Shown here: positions 11,301 through 23,396 of the stretch, piece after piece
How positions within the stretch are numbered: position 1 is the stretch's first letter
How the letters are laid out: every line of letters begins with the position of its first letter
Origin: Cyanophora paradoxa CCMP329
Lineage: Eukaryota; Plantae; Glaucophyta
Direction: 5' to 3'
NCBI GenBank assembly: GCA_004431415.1
Contig: QPMI01000400.1
Location: 230,435 to 294,434, forward strand
Length of the DNA stretch: 64,000 bases
The notes under the pieces: model-generated
What the model was told of the DNA's origin: nothing
The model's database searches: none
Seen by the model: only the letters and a program-made list of their open reading frames with translations
Translations under genes and position numbers: made by a program

Positions 11301-14300
11301 CGGCCCGATGTTCACGAAAACGATGCCGTACAAACTATGGATGTACAAGTGGTCCGCCCGCCTCACCACGCTCGCCTTGGGCCGCCGCGCCCAAATCTTT
11401 CAGGCTTGTGTGTGCGCGCCGCCGCCGCCGCCGCCCGCGCGCTCCGCCGAAGCGCCGCCGATCGCGCGGGCGGGCGGCAGGCCGGTGCTCAAGGACGACC
11501 TGTCGACGGCGCGCTTCGCGCTGCCGTACCTGGTGCACAACGTGGTGGGCTGCGGCTCGGACGAGGCCCGCGACGCCGTCCTCGCCGAGGTCGTCGCCGT
11601 CCTCAAAGCCGAAGACGCCGACCACGCCTGCCTCCAGGCCCGCCCGCCCGCCCGCCCGCCGCCCGCCCTCGCCCCGCCCGCCCTCGCCCCGCCTGCCCGC
11701 CCGCCCGCCCCGGCCCTTTCTCATGATCATCGCCCCGCGCTCGCGCAGACCATCTTCGGCATCCTGGACCAGCTGACGCGCTGGCTCGAGAAAAAGCGGG
11801 CACAGATGCGCAACCCGGAGTCCGGCAAAGACTCCGCGAGGGCCTCGGCCCGCAAGGGCGCCGTGCGCGCGCCGTGGCGGCTGCGGCCGCGCCTGCCTGA
11901 CAGTGCGCGGCAGGCGGTGGCGTGGAGCGCGGAGGAGGAGGCGCACGTCCGCGGGGTGGGGGCCTTCCTGGAGTCGGTCCCCCGCGACGCGCTCGCCTTC
12001 GCGGCGTACCGCGTCAAGGCCCACGCGCGCGCCTTCCTCTGCTACGAGTCCTTCCTCCGCGGCCGCCTCGCCGCCAAGGCGCAGCGGGACCCCGAGATCT
12101 ACTTCGCGCGGGGCGGGCGCCAGAAATGGTTCGAGGACGCCGAGCTCGAGTTCCTCCAGAAGGTCTACGCCTCCGTCGATGACCCCGACATCACGACCGG
12201 CGCGTCCGACCCCTTCCGAGCGAGCGCGCCGGCCGAGCGCCGCGTGCTGACCCCCGCCGACGCCGCAGGCATCGCGGCGCTCCGGCCGTCGCGCTCCCTC
12301 GCGGACTGCGCATTCTTCGCGCAGGAGGCCGGCGACTGGACGCAGGCCTTTGGCTACTACGAGCAGGCCCGCTCGCCCCGCCCCGCCCCGCCTCGCCCCC
12401 TGGAGGGATCACGAGCCCCGGGCCCGCAGATGATGAAGGCGCAGCCGGAGCGTGTGGACGGGGCGCGAGGCATGCTCAAGTGCCTGCGGCGGCAGGGGAA
12501 CCACTGGGCGGTGACGATGCAGTACGCGGGGCTGACGCAGGCGTGCCCCGCCTTCGCCGCCTCCCTGGCGCCCCACGCGCTCAAGTCGGCGACCCGCCTC
12601 GCCCACTGGGACCGCCTCCCCGAGATCCTCGACGCCGCCCCGCCCACCCACTTCGACGCCGCCCTCGGCCGGCCCGCCCCGCCCCGCCCGCCCCCGGCCC
12701 CGCCCCGCGCCCCGCCGACCCGGCTGCAGGGCGCTCCTGGCGTTCGTGAACGAGGACAAGGGCCTGTTCCAGAAGAGCGTGCAGGGGGCGCGGGCGATCC
12801 TCATCCCGCACCTGTCGGGCGCGAGCATGGAGTCGTACGAGCGGGCGTACCCCCTGGTGCTCAAGCTGCACGCCCTCCGCGAGCTCGAGGAGGCGTTCGC
12901 GCTGAGGGCGGAGCCCTCGCCCGGCCGTGCGCGCCCGCGCCGCGCGTCCCCCGCGCGGCGCGCCCCGACGCCCCGGCGCGCGGCAGGCATCGGCGACCTG
13001 GTGGCGACGTGGGCGTCCCGCCTCGACGCGCTGCAGCCGACGCTGAAGAGCCGCGAGCGGCTCCTCTCCGTGCGCCGCATCGCCCTCGAGAAGCTGGGCG
13101 CCAAAGACGAGGCCGTCTCCTGCCTCCTGCGCTACGCGAAGGCGGCGCGCAAGGCGGGGCAGCTCGACCTCGCCGGGGCCGCCCTGCGCGACGCCGCCTC
13201 CACGGGCGCCCGCGTCTCCGAGCTGCTCGTCGAGCGGGCCAAGCTGCGGCGCCTGCAGGGGGCCGTGTGGGAAGCTCTAGCTGACGCCAAGGCGGTGGCG
13301 GACGCGAAGAGCAGCGAGATGGACGTCTCGGCGCAGCTCCGCGCCAAGGCCTCGCTCCTCTACGCCCGCTGGTCTTTCGACGTCGCCCAGGAGGGCTACC
13401 AGGGCGCCGGCGCCTACCACAAGAAAGCGGCCGACCTCTTCGGGTCGATCCCCCAGCGCTTCCGCAACGAGGTCGCCGAGAAGCAGAGCTTCTACTTCGG
13501 GCGCATGTGCGACAGCGTCCTCGAGATGGGCCGCACCTCCCGCGCCCGCGCCGGCGCCGACCGCACCTCCCCCCTCGACTCCTCCACCGCCGCCGTGCGC
13601 CCCTCCGGCCCTGCCCCGCCCCGCCCCGCCCCGCCCCGCCCCGCCGGCGGCCGATGCGACGGGGCACGCGCGGGCAGGACATGGCAGTCTATCTGTACCA
13701 GGCGCTCAGCTCTTACTTCCACTCCCTCACCTACGGCTGCCGCTTCCTCTTCCGCGTGCGGCCGGCGCCGCGCGCACCCGGCCGGCCCCGCCCGCCGACG
13801 CGCCGCGCAGACTCTGCCGCGCATCCTCACGCTCTACTTCGACTACGCGGAGGCGGTCTCGAAAACGCGGGCGAGCGACGCGGGGGCGGCCAAGCAGCAG
13901 TCGGGGCGCGGCGCGGCGCGCAAGGCGGCCGCCTCGCCCGAGGCGGGAAACGAGGGGGAAGGGCCGACGGGGGAGGAGCTGAGGCGCGCGATGTCAGAGG
14001 CGCACAAGATCGTGGGGGACTTCTCCACGAGGCTCGCCCCCTGGCAGTGGTACACGGTCTTCTCCCAGCTCCTCTCCCGCCTCTGCACCCCGAACGACGA
14101 GGTCCGCGGCCCCGTCCCCGCCACCTTCCTCCTCCGCCACCTTCCTCCTCCGCCACCTTCCTCCTCCGCCCCGCCCCGCGCGCCCCGCCGACGCTCGAGG
14201 CCCGCGCAGGCGCTGGCGATCGCGTACCGGCTGGTCACGCGGGTGCTGCAGGGGCAGCCGGAGCAGGCGCTCTGGCAGCTCCTCCCCGCCATCCAATCCA

Positions 14301-16526
14301 AGCAGACGCCCAGCTCCAAGGAGCGCTCGATGCGCTGCGAGCGCGTGATGCGCGAGGCGTTGCAGGCGAGCGCGCCCCTGCAGAAGCTGCAGCGGCACAT
14401 GTCCGAGCACATCGCCGAGTTCATCGCCATCTGCTCCGACAAGGACCTCTCCCAGCTCGACAAAGTCCGCCCGCCCCGAACCCCGCGCACGCAGCCGGCG
14501 CCGGCGGGCCGCTCACGCCGGGCAGGGCCAGAAGGCCGTGGCGCTCACGCAGAGGTTCTCGCGCGCGTGGCGCCTCTTCAAGGCTGAGGGCCGGGGCGAG
14601 GGCGAGCGCATCCTCCTCCCCATCCTCGCCAACTTCACCGTCAAGCTGCCGGCCCCGGGGCCCGCCCCGACCTCCGCCCGCCCCTTCGCCGACACCCGCC
14701 TCGTCTACCTCCACTCCGCCAACGACAAGGTCCGCCCCGCCCGCCCCGCCCCCCTTGCCGCCACCCGCCGGGCGCCGCTGTCACCGCTGACGCGCGGCGC
14801 GGGGCGGCAGCTGGAAATCATGAGCTCGATGATGCGCCCGCGGAAGTTGACGGTCGTGGGCGACGACGGCAAATCCTACAGCCTCCTCTGCAAGCGCGAG
14901 GACAAGGGTGCGTGGCGCCTGCCCCGCCCAGGGCCCTCCCTGGGGCCTCGGGCGACGGGGCCGGGGGCCAGGGGACATGCGGAAGGACAGCCGGATGACC
15001 GAGTTCAACGACCTGCTCAACCGCCTCTTCGCCAAGCACCCGGACTCCCGCCGCCGCAAGCTCCGTGCGCCCCGCGCCCCCGGCTTCGGCCCCGCCCCCC
15101 GCTTCCCCTCGCTTCGCGGCGGGGGCCGAGAGCTGAAGCGAGGGGGCGGCGGGGGCAGGGCTGCGGACGTACGCGGTGACGCCGCTGAACGAGGAGACGG
15201 GCCTCCTCGAGTGGGTCCCCTTCACGACGGGCATCCGCCAGGTCCTCGGCCAGCTCTACGACCCCACCAGGGGCTTCGGCCTCACCGTGCGCCCCCGCCG
15301 CCACGCCGCCCCGCCCCGCCCGCCCCGCCCCCCCTCGCCCCCTCCGCTGAGCCTCCGCCAGAACATGGAAATCCGCAAGAGGATCGAGGCCTCGGGCAAG
15401 CAGAACATCACCCCGCCCGTGCCCTCGCCCCGCCCGAGCTCCCCCGCCCTTCCCGCCCCGCCCGAGCCGGCGCAGGTCTTTGTGGACATCCGGCGGCACC
15501 ACCCGCCCGTCTTCTACCGCTGGTTCCTCCAGCAGTTCCCTGGTCCGCCCTGCCCCGCCCGCCCCGCCGGCCCCGCTGAGGCGGCGGGCGGGCCGCCCCC
15601 TGCGCAGAGCCGGGGAGCTGGTTCCAGGCGCGCCTGACGTACGCGCGCTCGTGCGCCGTGTGGAGCATGGTCGGCTACGTCGTCGGGTGCGCCGGCCGCC
15701 CCGCTGCGCCGGGGCGCGTGGGGCGGGGGGCGAGGGGCGGGCGGGGGCGGCAGGCTCGGGGACCGGCACGGGGAGAACATCCTGCTGGACACGGGCAGCG
15801 GGGAGTGCGTGCACGTGGACCTCGCGTGCCTCTTCGACAAGGCCAAGACCCTCGCCTTCCCCGAGCGGGTCCCCTTCCGCCTCACCCACAACATGGTCGA
15901 CGCCCTCGGCCTCGCCGGCACCGAGGGCACCTTCCGCGCCGTCTGCGAGCTCGCCGTCGGGCTCCTCCGCGAGAACCGCGAGACGCTCCTGACCGTCGTG
16001 GACGCCGTCGCGCACGACCCCTTCGTCGACTGGTACCGCAAGGAGCCCGACGCGAGCGACCAGCGGACCTCCCAGACGGCCTCCGCCGAGGAGCTCCGGG
16101 AGCGCGCGGGGGAGATCCTCGCCATGGTCGAGCAGCGCCTGCGCGGCGTCCACTTCCGCACCAAGGTCGACGTCCAGCGCGAGGAGGCCCTCAAGAAGAA
16201 GGAGGCCGCCGCTCTCGCCTCCGACCGGCGCTCCTCCGCCGCCGCCGCCTCCGCCGCGGCCTCCGAGAAGAAGGCCGCCGCCCCCGCCCGCTTCGAGACC
16301 GTCGCCTCCCAGGTCCGCCCCCGCCCCTCCCCTGCTCCGCCCCGCCGGGCGAGCGGCGCGGCAGGTGCAGTGGCTCATCCAGCAGGCCACCGACGACGAC
16401 AACCTCGGCAACGTGCGCGCCCCAGCCTTGCCCTCGCGCGCCCCGCAGCCCTGCCGCTCTGACTCGACCCCCGCCCCGCCCCGCCCCGCCCCGCAGATGT
16501 ACACGTGGTGGATGCCCTGGACTTAG
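5310..16526 (+). CDS. ATR: ATR/Mec1/Rad3 PI3K-related checkpoint kinase, many exons
   Basis: HEAT/FAT region (MESYERAYPLVLKLHALRELE; WYTVFSQLLSRLC) and kinase domain (SMMRPRKL, LCKREDKGDMRKDSRMTEFN, GDRHGENILLD, VHVDLACLFDK, PERVPFRLTHNMVDALG). FATC end VQWLIQQATDDDNLGNMYTWWMPWT*. The start codon is approximate. Confidence 0.92.
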
Positions 16527-16664
16527 TGCAAGCGCTATCTTAATCTACTACTGTATTCCTAACCTACCAAATCTGCCTGATACCTGCAAATACAAAATGA
16601 ACGTTGGACGAACTGCGAGGCCCTCGCCGCCACCGCTGCCCCTGCCCCGTGCCGCGCGCCGGCG

Positions 16665-17360
16665 CTAGTGGTCGCCGCGCCAGCGCTGGAGGACGCGGGC
16701 GCAGTCGATGAGGGGCTTGCCGAGCTTCTGGTTGACGCGGTTGTGCAGCTCGCACATCCACATCTCGAACGCCGTCCGCGACGCCGTCTGCGGCGGGTTC
16801 GCCGCAACGTCCTTCCGCATGTCCTCCGCGCACACCTGCCGGCACACAGTGCCTCGGCGACGGCTGCGCGCCCAATGCACGCGCAGAGCTCACCCCGCAC
16901 GGGTAGAACTTGGCAAAGAGCCGCATGAACGTGCGCATGTCCTGCTGCTCCTGCTCCGACGGCTGCTCCGGGTAGTACGCCGCAATGGAGTGCAGGAGCG
17001 TCCATGACGCGCGCCCGATATCCGCGGCGTCAGGAGGCTCCGCTGGGCCAGCGTTCGCGTCCGCGCTGGGCTCGGCCGGTTGCGCCGACTTCTCTTCCGG
17101 CTTCGCCGCAGCCTTCGGGGGCCGCGTTTTGCACGCTGGGCAGTTTCTGCGCGTGTACGTGAGCGCAAATGCCTAGCTCGCTCCAGTTGCGGTCCCGGCT
17201 GCGGCGCGCGGTGCTTGCGGCCAGGCCGCGAACCGGTAGCCCAAGACGATGCGGGGCGGGGGCGGGGTGCTCACAGGAACTTTTCGAGGAGCTTGTCTGC
17301 ATGCTTGTTTCGAACGGGGAGCTGCCGCTCGCCCTGCTCTCCGCTGTTCGCCTCGACCAT
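16665..17360 (-). CDS. ERV1: Erv1/ALR FAD-linked sulfhydryl oxidase
   Basis: N-terminal shuttle CPAC, then IGRASWTLLHSIAAYYP, FYPCGVCAED, WMCELHNRVNQKLGKPLIDC...RW. Confidence 0.92.
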
Positions 17361-17530
17361 CGTTGCGAACTGGCCCAATGTGCTGCCAGGCTGTACCCGG
17401 AAAGATCTGCGTACCCGCCATTCAAACCACTTCAATCGGCATCGACAAAACCAAGTGCAGCGCGGCCCCGCTTATTCACTTCCGACACATCTGCGCATTT
17501 GCCGGGCTCGTTCACGTCGTCTTGGCACCG
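17361..17530. promoter_or_regulatory. Putative bidirectional promoter, ERV1 / p24
   Basis: Only 170 bp separate the divergent start codons. Confidence 0.55.
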
Positions 17531-18883
17531 ATGCGATCGCTCCTCCTCGTCCTCGGCCTCGCGCTGTGCCTGGGCGCCGCCGCCGCGGCGTTCGAGCGGC
17601 AGACCCTCGAGCTATATATCGACTCGGGCTCCGATGCGCGGTGCGCTCCCAGCCCTCTGCTCGCACATTCCCGCCCGCACCAGTTCAAGTCTGATGAGTC
17701 CGCCGCGCAGGATCTACGCAGACATAGCAGAAGTTGGGATGTACCGGGCATCCTTGGATGTGATGAAAGGCGGCATGCTGAATGTGCCTCCGCTCTCCGC
17801 CCGCGCCGCGCTTCCGCTTAAATTCAATGCGCTCGCGCCGCTTTCGCACGCTTTCCATGTCTCTCGCGCTCCTGCGTGCTGCTCCCTTCTTCGATGCCTA
17901 CGCCCACTTTCTCAGGTCGAGCTCACAGTGTTCGACCCGATGGGGAGGCCGATGCACCAGTGCGACTGCGTCACTGTTCTGGTTCTCCTCGCCTCGCCTC
18001 GCTCACAGCTCTCCAGGCAGATCGTGAACCACCACGGGGAGTACGTCTTCCGCGCACAGCAGCCCGGCAGGTCCGGCCGCGCCCTCCTGGGCCCAATTCG
18101 CTCCGTCGCTTCCCTTGCTGACACGCCCGCGCCCGGCGCAGCTACGGCTTCTCCGTCAAGTGAGCCCCCAGATCCGCGCGCCTGCGTTCGGGAGGCGACG
18201 GGGGCGCCAGGAACACGAAGCAGGGCGGGGCGGCGACGAAGCTCGTCTCCTGCACCGTCGAGAGCCTCGAGCAGCCGCCGCCGTCCCCCCGCACCGACGG
18301 CGCGCCCCGCCCTGCACCCGGCCCACGCGCCGCAGCGCGCGTGGGCGCGAGCACCGCGCAGAGTTCGCGTCTCTGTGGGACAAGACGGGCGTCATCGCCG
18401 AGTCCCTCCAGCGCGTCGGTCCGTGCCGTGGCACAGCCGCCCCGCCCCTCCTTGCCCGCGGCCGCCGCTAACATTTTGCGCAGGGCGCATGCAGGGCGAG
18501 TTCCGCGCCCGCGAGATGCGCCACCGGAGCCGTACGCACGCCGCCGCGCCGCGTGCCGCGCGCACCTCGCCTGACGAGGGGGGCGGCACCCCGGGGCGGC
18601 AGTGGCGGAGTCGACGCTGGAGCGGGCGCAGGCGCGCTCCATCGGCCTCGCCACTCTTCTCGTCGCCGTCAGCGTCTCCCAGGCACGCTCCCCCCCCCCC
18701 CCCCATCCCCCTTCTGCCCCCCCTTCCCCCTCCCCCCCCTCCCCCCCCCCCCCGCCTTGCCCTCGTCGCCCCGGTATGCCGCCCTGACCACAGCCGCTTC
18801 CATCCGCCGCACATGCGCAGGTGATCTATGTGGCGCGGATGTTCCGCGCGAGCGAGCTGGCCCGCAAGGCGAACCCCATCTGA
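17531..18883 (+). CDS. p24/emp24/TMED GOLD-domain cargo receptor
   Basis: Signal peptide MRSLLLVLGLALCLGAAAA, GOLD-like VELTVFDPMG...GEYVFRAQQPGSY, coiled coil QGEFRAREMRHR...AESTLER, and TM ending SQVIYVARMF. Confidence 0.8.
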
Positions 18884-19523
18884 GCTCCCAGCCTCTCAGA
18901 GCCCGGTGGCCGCGTGTTTGCCTCCGGCCTCCGGAACCTCTTGCATCGATATATCCCTAGCTATATGCTGTAGATAGCAGACCTCCTGTTTTTAAAATAC
19001 TAGAACGTCGGAATACAAATTTTATTTAAAGTGAATTTTTAAAGATGCGGCCAGGCTCCGAGATTCTGCAGCTGAGCCGTTTTCCAGTGAGTACCAGCTG
19101 CAACGCTGCGACAGCCCTGACAAGGGCCCCTAGCCGTAGTAACCTCAGAGCGCTAGCCTGCAGCTGGTAGGCCCTCGAGCTCGAGATCTAGAGCCACTGC
19201 CAGGCTGATCATGATCATGAGCCATGCCTTTGGGCCAGGCCCCATGAGGCCGATTACGCTGCTTCCAGGCTCATGATCAAATATTAGCGACCGTGGAGCT
19301 CACGGGGCTGATCATGATTTTAATCATGCAATCAAAGGGTTAGTCACTGAGCTGAGTTTCGATCCAAACGAGGCTGGGCGTTCTAGACGACGGATGAGGT
19401 CTATCTATCTATCTAGTTAGCTATCTAACTTTCGAAGATCTATCTAGCTAGGAATGCTGCTCCTCGCCCCCATCCATCGATATCGCCCCTCGCCCTCTGC
19501 GCTCCCGACGCCCTCCCGCCCAG

Positions 19524-19776
19524 TGCGTGGCGACGCGGGACGCGCTGGCGAAGGCCCTCTACAGCCGCCTCTTCCGCTGGCTCGTCGACCGCCTCAACCG
19601 GTGCGCCCGCCTCGCCGCCCGGCCGGCGCCCCTGCAGCGGGAAGGAGTTGGGCCGGCCCTCTCACCTCCCCTCTCGCCCCTCCCCCCTCCCGCCCTCCAG
19701 GTCCATCTCCGGGGACCTGCCGTCGGACCGCAACTGCGTCTCCATCCTCGACATCTTCGGCTTCGAGTGCTTCGAG
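19524..19776 (+). pseudogene. Orphan two-exon fragment of a myosin motor domain
   Basis: Exons 19524-19600 and 19701-19776 splice (GT-AG) to ATRDALAKALYSRLFRWLVDRLNRSISGDLPSDRNCVSILDIFGFECFE, which includes the switch II motif. No other myosin exons were seen on either side. Confidence 0.85.
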
Positions 19777-19926
19777 GTGCACCCCGGGGCGCGGAGTAGG
19801 CGCCCCGGGGCCTGGCGCTCGGCCCTATGCTCAGCCTGACTCGCCCGCGGCTTGCCAAGTTGGTGACGGTCCGACGGTCAGCGGCTTGGTGATCAAAAAT
19901 GATTTCGAAGCCTCGAATTCGAATCA

Positions 19927-20100
19927 TTTTTTTTAAAGATCTACGGTGGGCGTGCCCACTCGTAGTACACAACGAGGATACAAGTCACGGTATCGGGAAT
20001 CACAGGGATTCGAAGTACAACGTAGCGGAAACAGCAGGAACCGAACCCGGGAATCCGGGAGGTCGTAGCACGACCTTATACCACTGCGCTAAAGCGCGGG
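19927..20100 (-). mobile_element. tRNA-derived SINE-like element or pseudo-tRNA
   Basis: On the minus strand: A-box TAGCGCAGTGG (20091-20081), B-box GGTTCGGTTCC (20047-20037), a 3' stem-loop at 19941-19965 and an A8 tail at 19927-19934. The acceptor and D stems do not pair, so this is not a functional tRNA. Confidence 0.5.
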
Positions 20101-20764
20101 AACAAATTTAAGTTAAAATACTATGATATAAATAAAATTTAAAGGCCCGCGGCCGGGCTTCATAATCAGTCTTTCGAAGTTCAAGGCTTCACTGAGTCAA
20201 GGGGCTTCATCATGGCATGATTCAAATGACTAGGTCTTCGACTCGCCCCCGCCCCCGGGCCCGCTCGTCTCAGGAGGTGCGCGTACGTGCCAGGTGGGGT
20301 CTAAAGTAGCTATAGGGCCGGGGCGTTGACAGAATACATGATCATGATCCGAGGCTCATGATCATGATCTAGCTGCCACGGTGTAGGCCTACTAGCTATA
20401 GGCTAGCTACGTTGGCCGGCCGCGCGCGCCGGGTCGCGGCGCGCGCGCGGCGCATGCGCACGGCACAATTGGATCATGATGCCATTCGTACCCAGCACAA
20501 GTGTCAGCGCGCATGCGGGCGCAGCTTTCGGATAACGCATACAGCTGCAGAGCTTGAGCGAAGGACGCGCGCGCGCGGTGCCCGCCGAGGGGTACGCGTA
20601 GTGGCTCAGCTGGGCACCCTGCAGTTCTGAGCGCATCGTCAAGTGGACGCTAAACGTTCGAGATCCAACGATCCGCAACGCTGGAGCCGGGGCCAGCTCT
20701 CGCGTCGCCGGAAGCAGCGGAGGGCCGGCTCGCCCAGACCGGAGGACCGCCGGATTCGGGCCCG

Positions 20765-23396
20765 ATGACCTCGAAACGAACCAGCCCGCTGCTCTTCTTG
20801 TACGTACACGCCTCGTCTCGCAACTCGCGCGCTGTTTGACACCCTGCGCCCGCAGCTCGCTGTGCTCCCCGCTGGCCGCCACGTCGCTATGCTTTGCAGT
20901 GCAGTCGGGCTATGCGTGCGTTCTCTCCTACTCTCCATCGTCGGGACCGCCGTCGATTCGCTGACGCCGGCATATGAGCAGGACCAAGACGTTCCAAGAG
21001 CTCGGCCTCCCCGAAATCTGGGTTAGCTGGGCCTGGCTGGCGGGGCCCTTGTCGGGCATCATCGTTCAGCCGATCATTGGCGTGTGGAGCGAGTGCGCGG
21101 ATCCCTTCGATCCCTTCTCGGGGGCCGACGCACGTGGGCCCCGCAGCTGACGCTCGCCGCAGCCGGTGCACGAGCCCCTTGGGACGAGTGCGCGCCCCTT
21201 CTCCGAGCCACGCGCGCGCTGACGCGCACGCCACCGGCAGCGGCGACCGTTCCTCCTCGCCGGCGTGCTCGTCCTCCTGCTGGTGCGGCCCGGCCCGGCC
21301 CCGGCGGCGGCGACGGCGACGGGCGGGGGCGCAGAGCATGGTGTTCTTCAGCAACGCGGACGCGATCGGGGCGCGCCTGGGCGACCGGGGCGGCTGCAAG
21401 GAGGGCGGCTGCTCATCGGCCCTCGCCATCGCCGTCGTCTCCTTCTGGGTACAGGACTTCGCGCTCAACGCCCTGCAGGTTCGACCCCGCCGCCGCCGCC
21501 CCGCCGGGTTCTGGCGGCTAGCGGGGAGGGGCGGGGCGCAGGGCCCGGCGCGGACGCTGCTGGTGGACCTCCTGCCGCAGGAGGAGCAGAACAGGGGCAA
21601 CGCCGGCATCGCCTTCACCACGGGCCTCGGCACGGCGCGCCCGCCCGCCCCCCGCCTCGGCTCGCGCCTGCCGAGGCGCGGGGCGGGGGCAGGTGGTGGG
21701 CAACCTCGTCGGCTCCCTCGAGCTCAGGCGCCTCGCCCCCGCGCTGGGCACCGACCTGCGCGCCCTCTACCTCTTCTCCATTCTCTGGGTCTCCCCGCCC
21801 CCGGCCCCGCCCCCCTGCCCCCTCACGGGCCCCGCAGGTGATCCTCTCCGTGGCCCCCGTCCTCCTCTTGTGCGCAGCCGCCCTTCCCTCGCCCCCGCGC
21901 CCGGCGTGAGGCGCAGCGCGGCAGCGTGCGGGAGCGGCCGTACGTGGAGCGGCGGGCGGCGCACGAGCGCCCGGGCGTGCTGCAGATGCTGCGCCGCGCC
22001 CTCGTCCTCCCCCGCCACGTCGCACACACCTTCGCCGTCCAGTGCTGCACCTGGCCCGCCCCCCCGCCTCGCCCCGCGCAGCCCCGCGCCGGCCTCGACC
22101 TGATGCGCCCCGGCCGCAGGTTTGCGTGGTTCGTCCTCGCCATGTACGGGTGCGCCGCTCCTCGCCCCGCCCCGGACCGCGCCGCGCCGCGCAGCGCCGC
22201 GCCGGCCCACGGCTCGCCAGGGCCAACTGGGTGGGACGGAATGTCTACCCGGGAGACCCGCACGGGGTCCCGGGGGAGCGGGGCAGGGACCTCTACGACG
22301 CCGGCGTGCGCTGCCCCCGCCCCTCAGCTCAGCCGGGCCGGCCGCGAGCTTCCCCCAGCCTCGCTCCGCCCCGCTGCGGGTGGCTGAGGCGGGGGCGGGC
22401 AGGTGCGGTACGGGAACCTGGGGCTGGCGCTGCTCGCCGCCGTCTCGATGGCCTTCTCCCTCGTGCTGCCGGCCCTCCTCGCGCGCCTCGGCACCCGCAG
22501 GGTCTACCTCGCCGCCCACCTCCTCCACGTCCGCCCCCGTCCCGCCCCGCCCCGCCCTCGCCTCACCCCGAGCCCCCGCGCCCTGCTCGCAGTCGGCCTC
22601 GCTGCTCTCGACGCTGTGGGTGGCGCGCTGGGCGTCGGAGGCGGGGGGCGGGGGGGACCCCCCCGCGGGGTCCGTGGCGGCCGCCGTGGCCCTCTTCGCG
22701 ACCCTGGGCGTCCCCTGGGCCTCCACTATGACCATCCCCGTCCGCCCCTCCTGCCTGCGCCCCCTCCTTCCCCGCTCACCGAACTGACGCGCCCCGCCCC
22801 CGCGCGCAGTGGTCCGCGCCCCCGGCCCCGGCGCGCGCGCGGCGGTCGCTCTGGGGTTCGCTGAGTGGCGGGGGCGGCGGGGCGCAGGGCGATCACGGGG
22901 GTGGCGCTGCACGACGAGCGGAGCCGGCGGGGCCTGCGGCGGCCGCCGCCCCTCGCCGCCGCCGTCAACCGCGAGCGGTCGGACGCCGACCCCGACGGCC
23001 TCTCCCCGCGCCGCGCCTACGGCACCGAGGCCTCCGGGGCCGGGGGCGGGGCCGGGGACGGGGGCTGGGACGCGGAGAGCAGCCGGTCGGTGGAGGAGGA
23101 GGACGAGGCGGAGCACGAGAGCGCCGGCCTCGTGATGGTCCCCGCAGCGCCCCCTGCGACGCCGGCCCCCCTCGCCTCTGGATCTCACGCCCCGCCCGCG
23201 GCCGCAGGCGATCATGAACCTCAGCCAGTGCCTGCCGGAGATCGTCGCCTCATTCGTGGGCTACGGCCTCCTCTCCGCCATGCCCGGCAACAACAGCGCC
23301 ATCCTCTGCAGCGCCGGCATCTCCACCCTCCTAGGCGCCCTCCTCATCGCGTTCATGAGGATACCGAGCGAGCTCGACAGCACCTCCGACTATTAG
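20765..23396 (+). CDS. SLC45/SUC-SUT (GPH) sugar:H+ symporter family MFS transporter
   Basis: [68 protein letters not shown]...YDAGVR, IMNLSQCLPEIV. Confidence 0.88.

Noticed and set aside
15808-15835. ATR pseudokinase because VHVDLAC replaces VHVDFNC
   Set aside because: The catalytic DRHGEN and the metal-binding Asp are intact, and Leu at this position occurs in active PIKKs such as ATM.
10663-16504. Very long ORFs within or antisense to ATR (and similarly at 32679-35123) as separate genes
   Set aside because: They are shadow frames and read-through of stop-poor GC introns; the coding content is explained by the spliced genes.
20030-20100. Functional tRNA
   Set aside because: The acceptor and D stems do not pair and the central hairpin has a 3-nt loop; treated as SINE-like instead.
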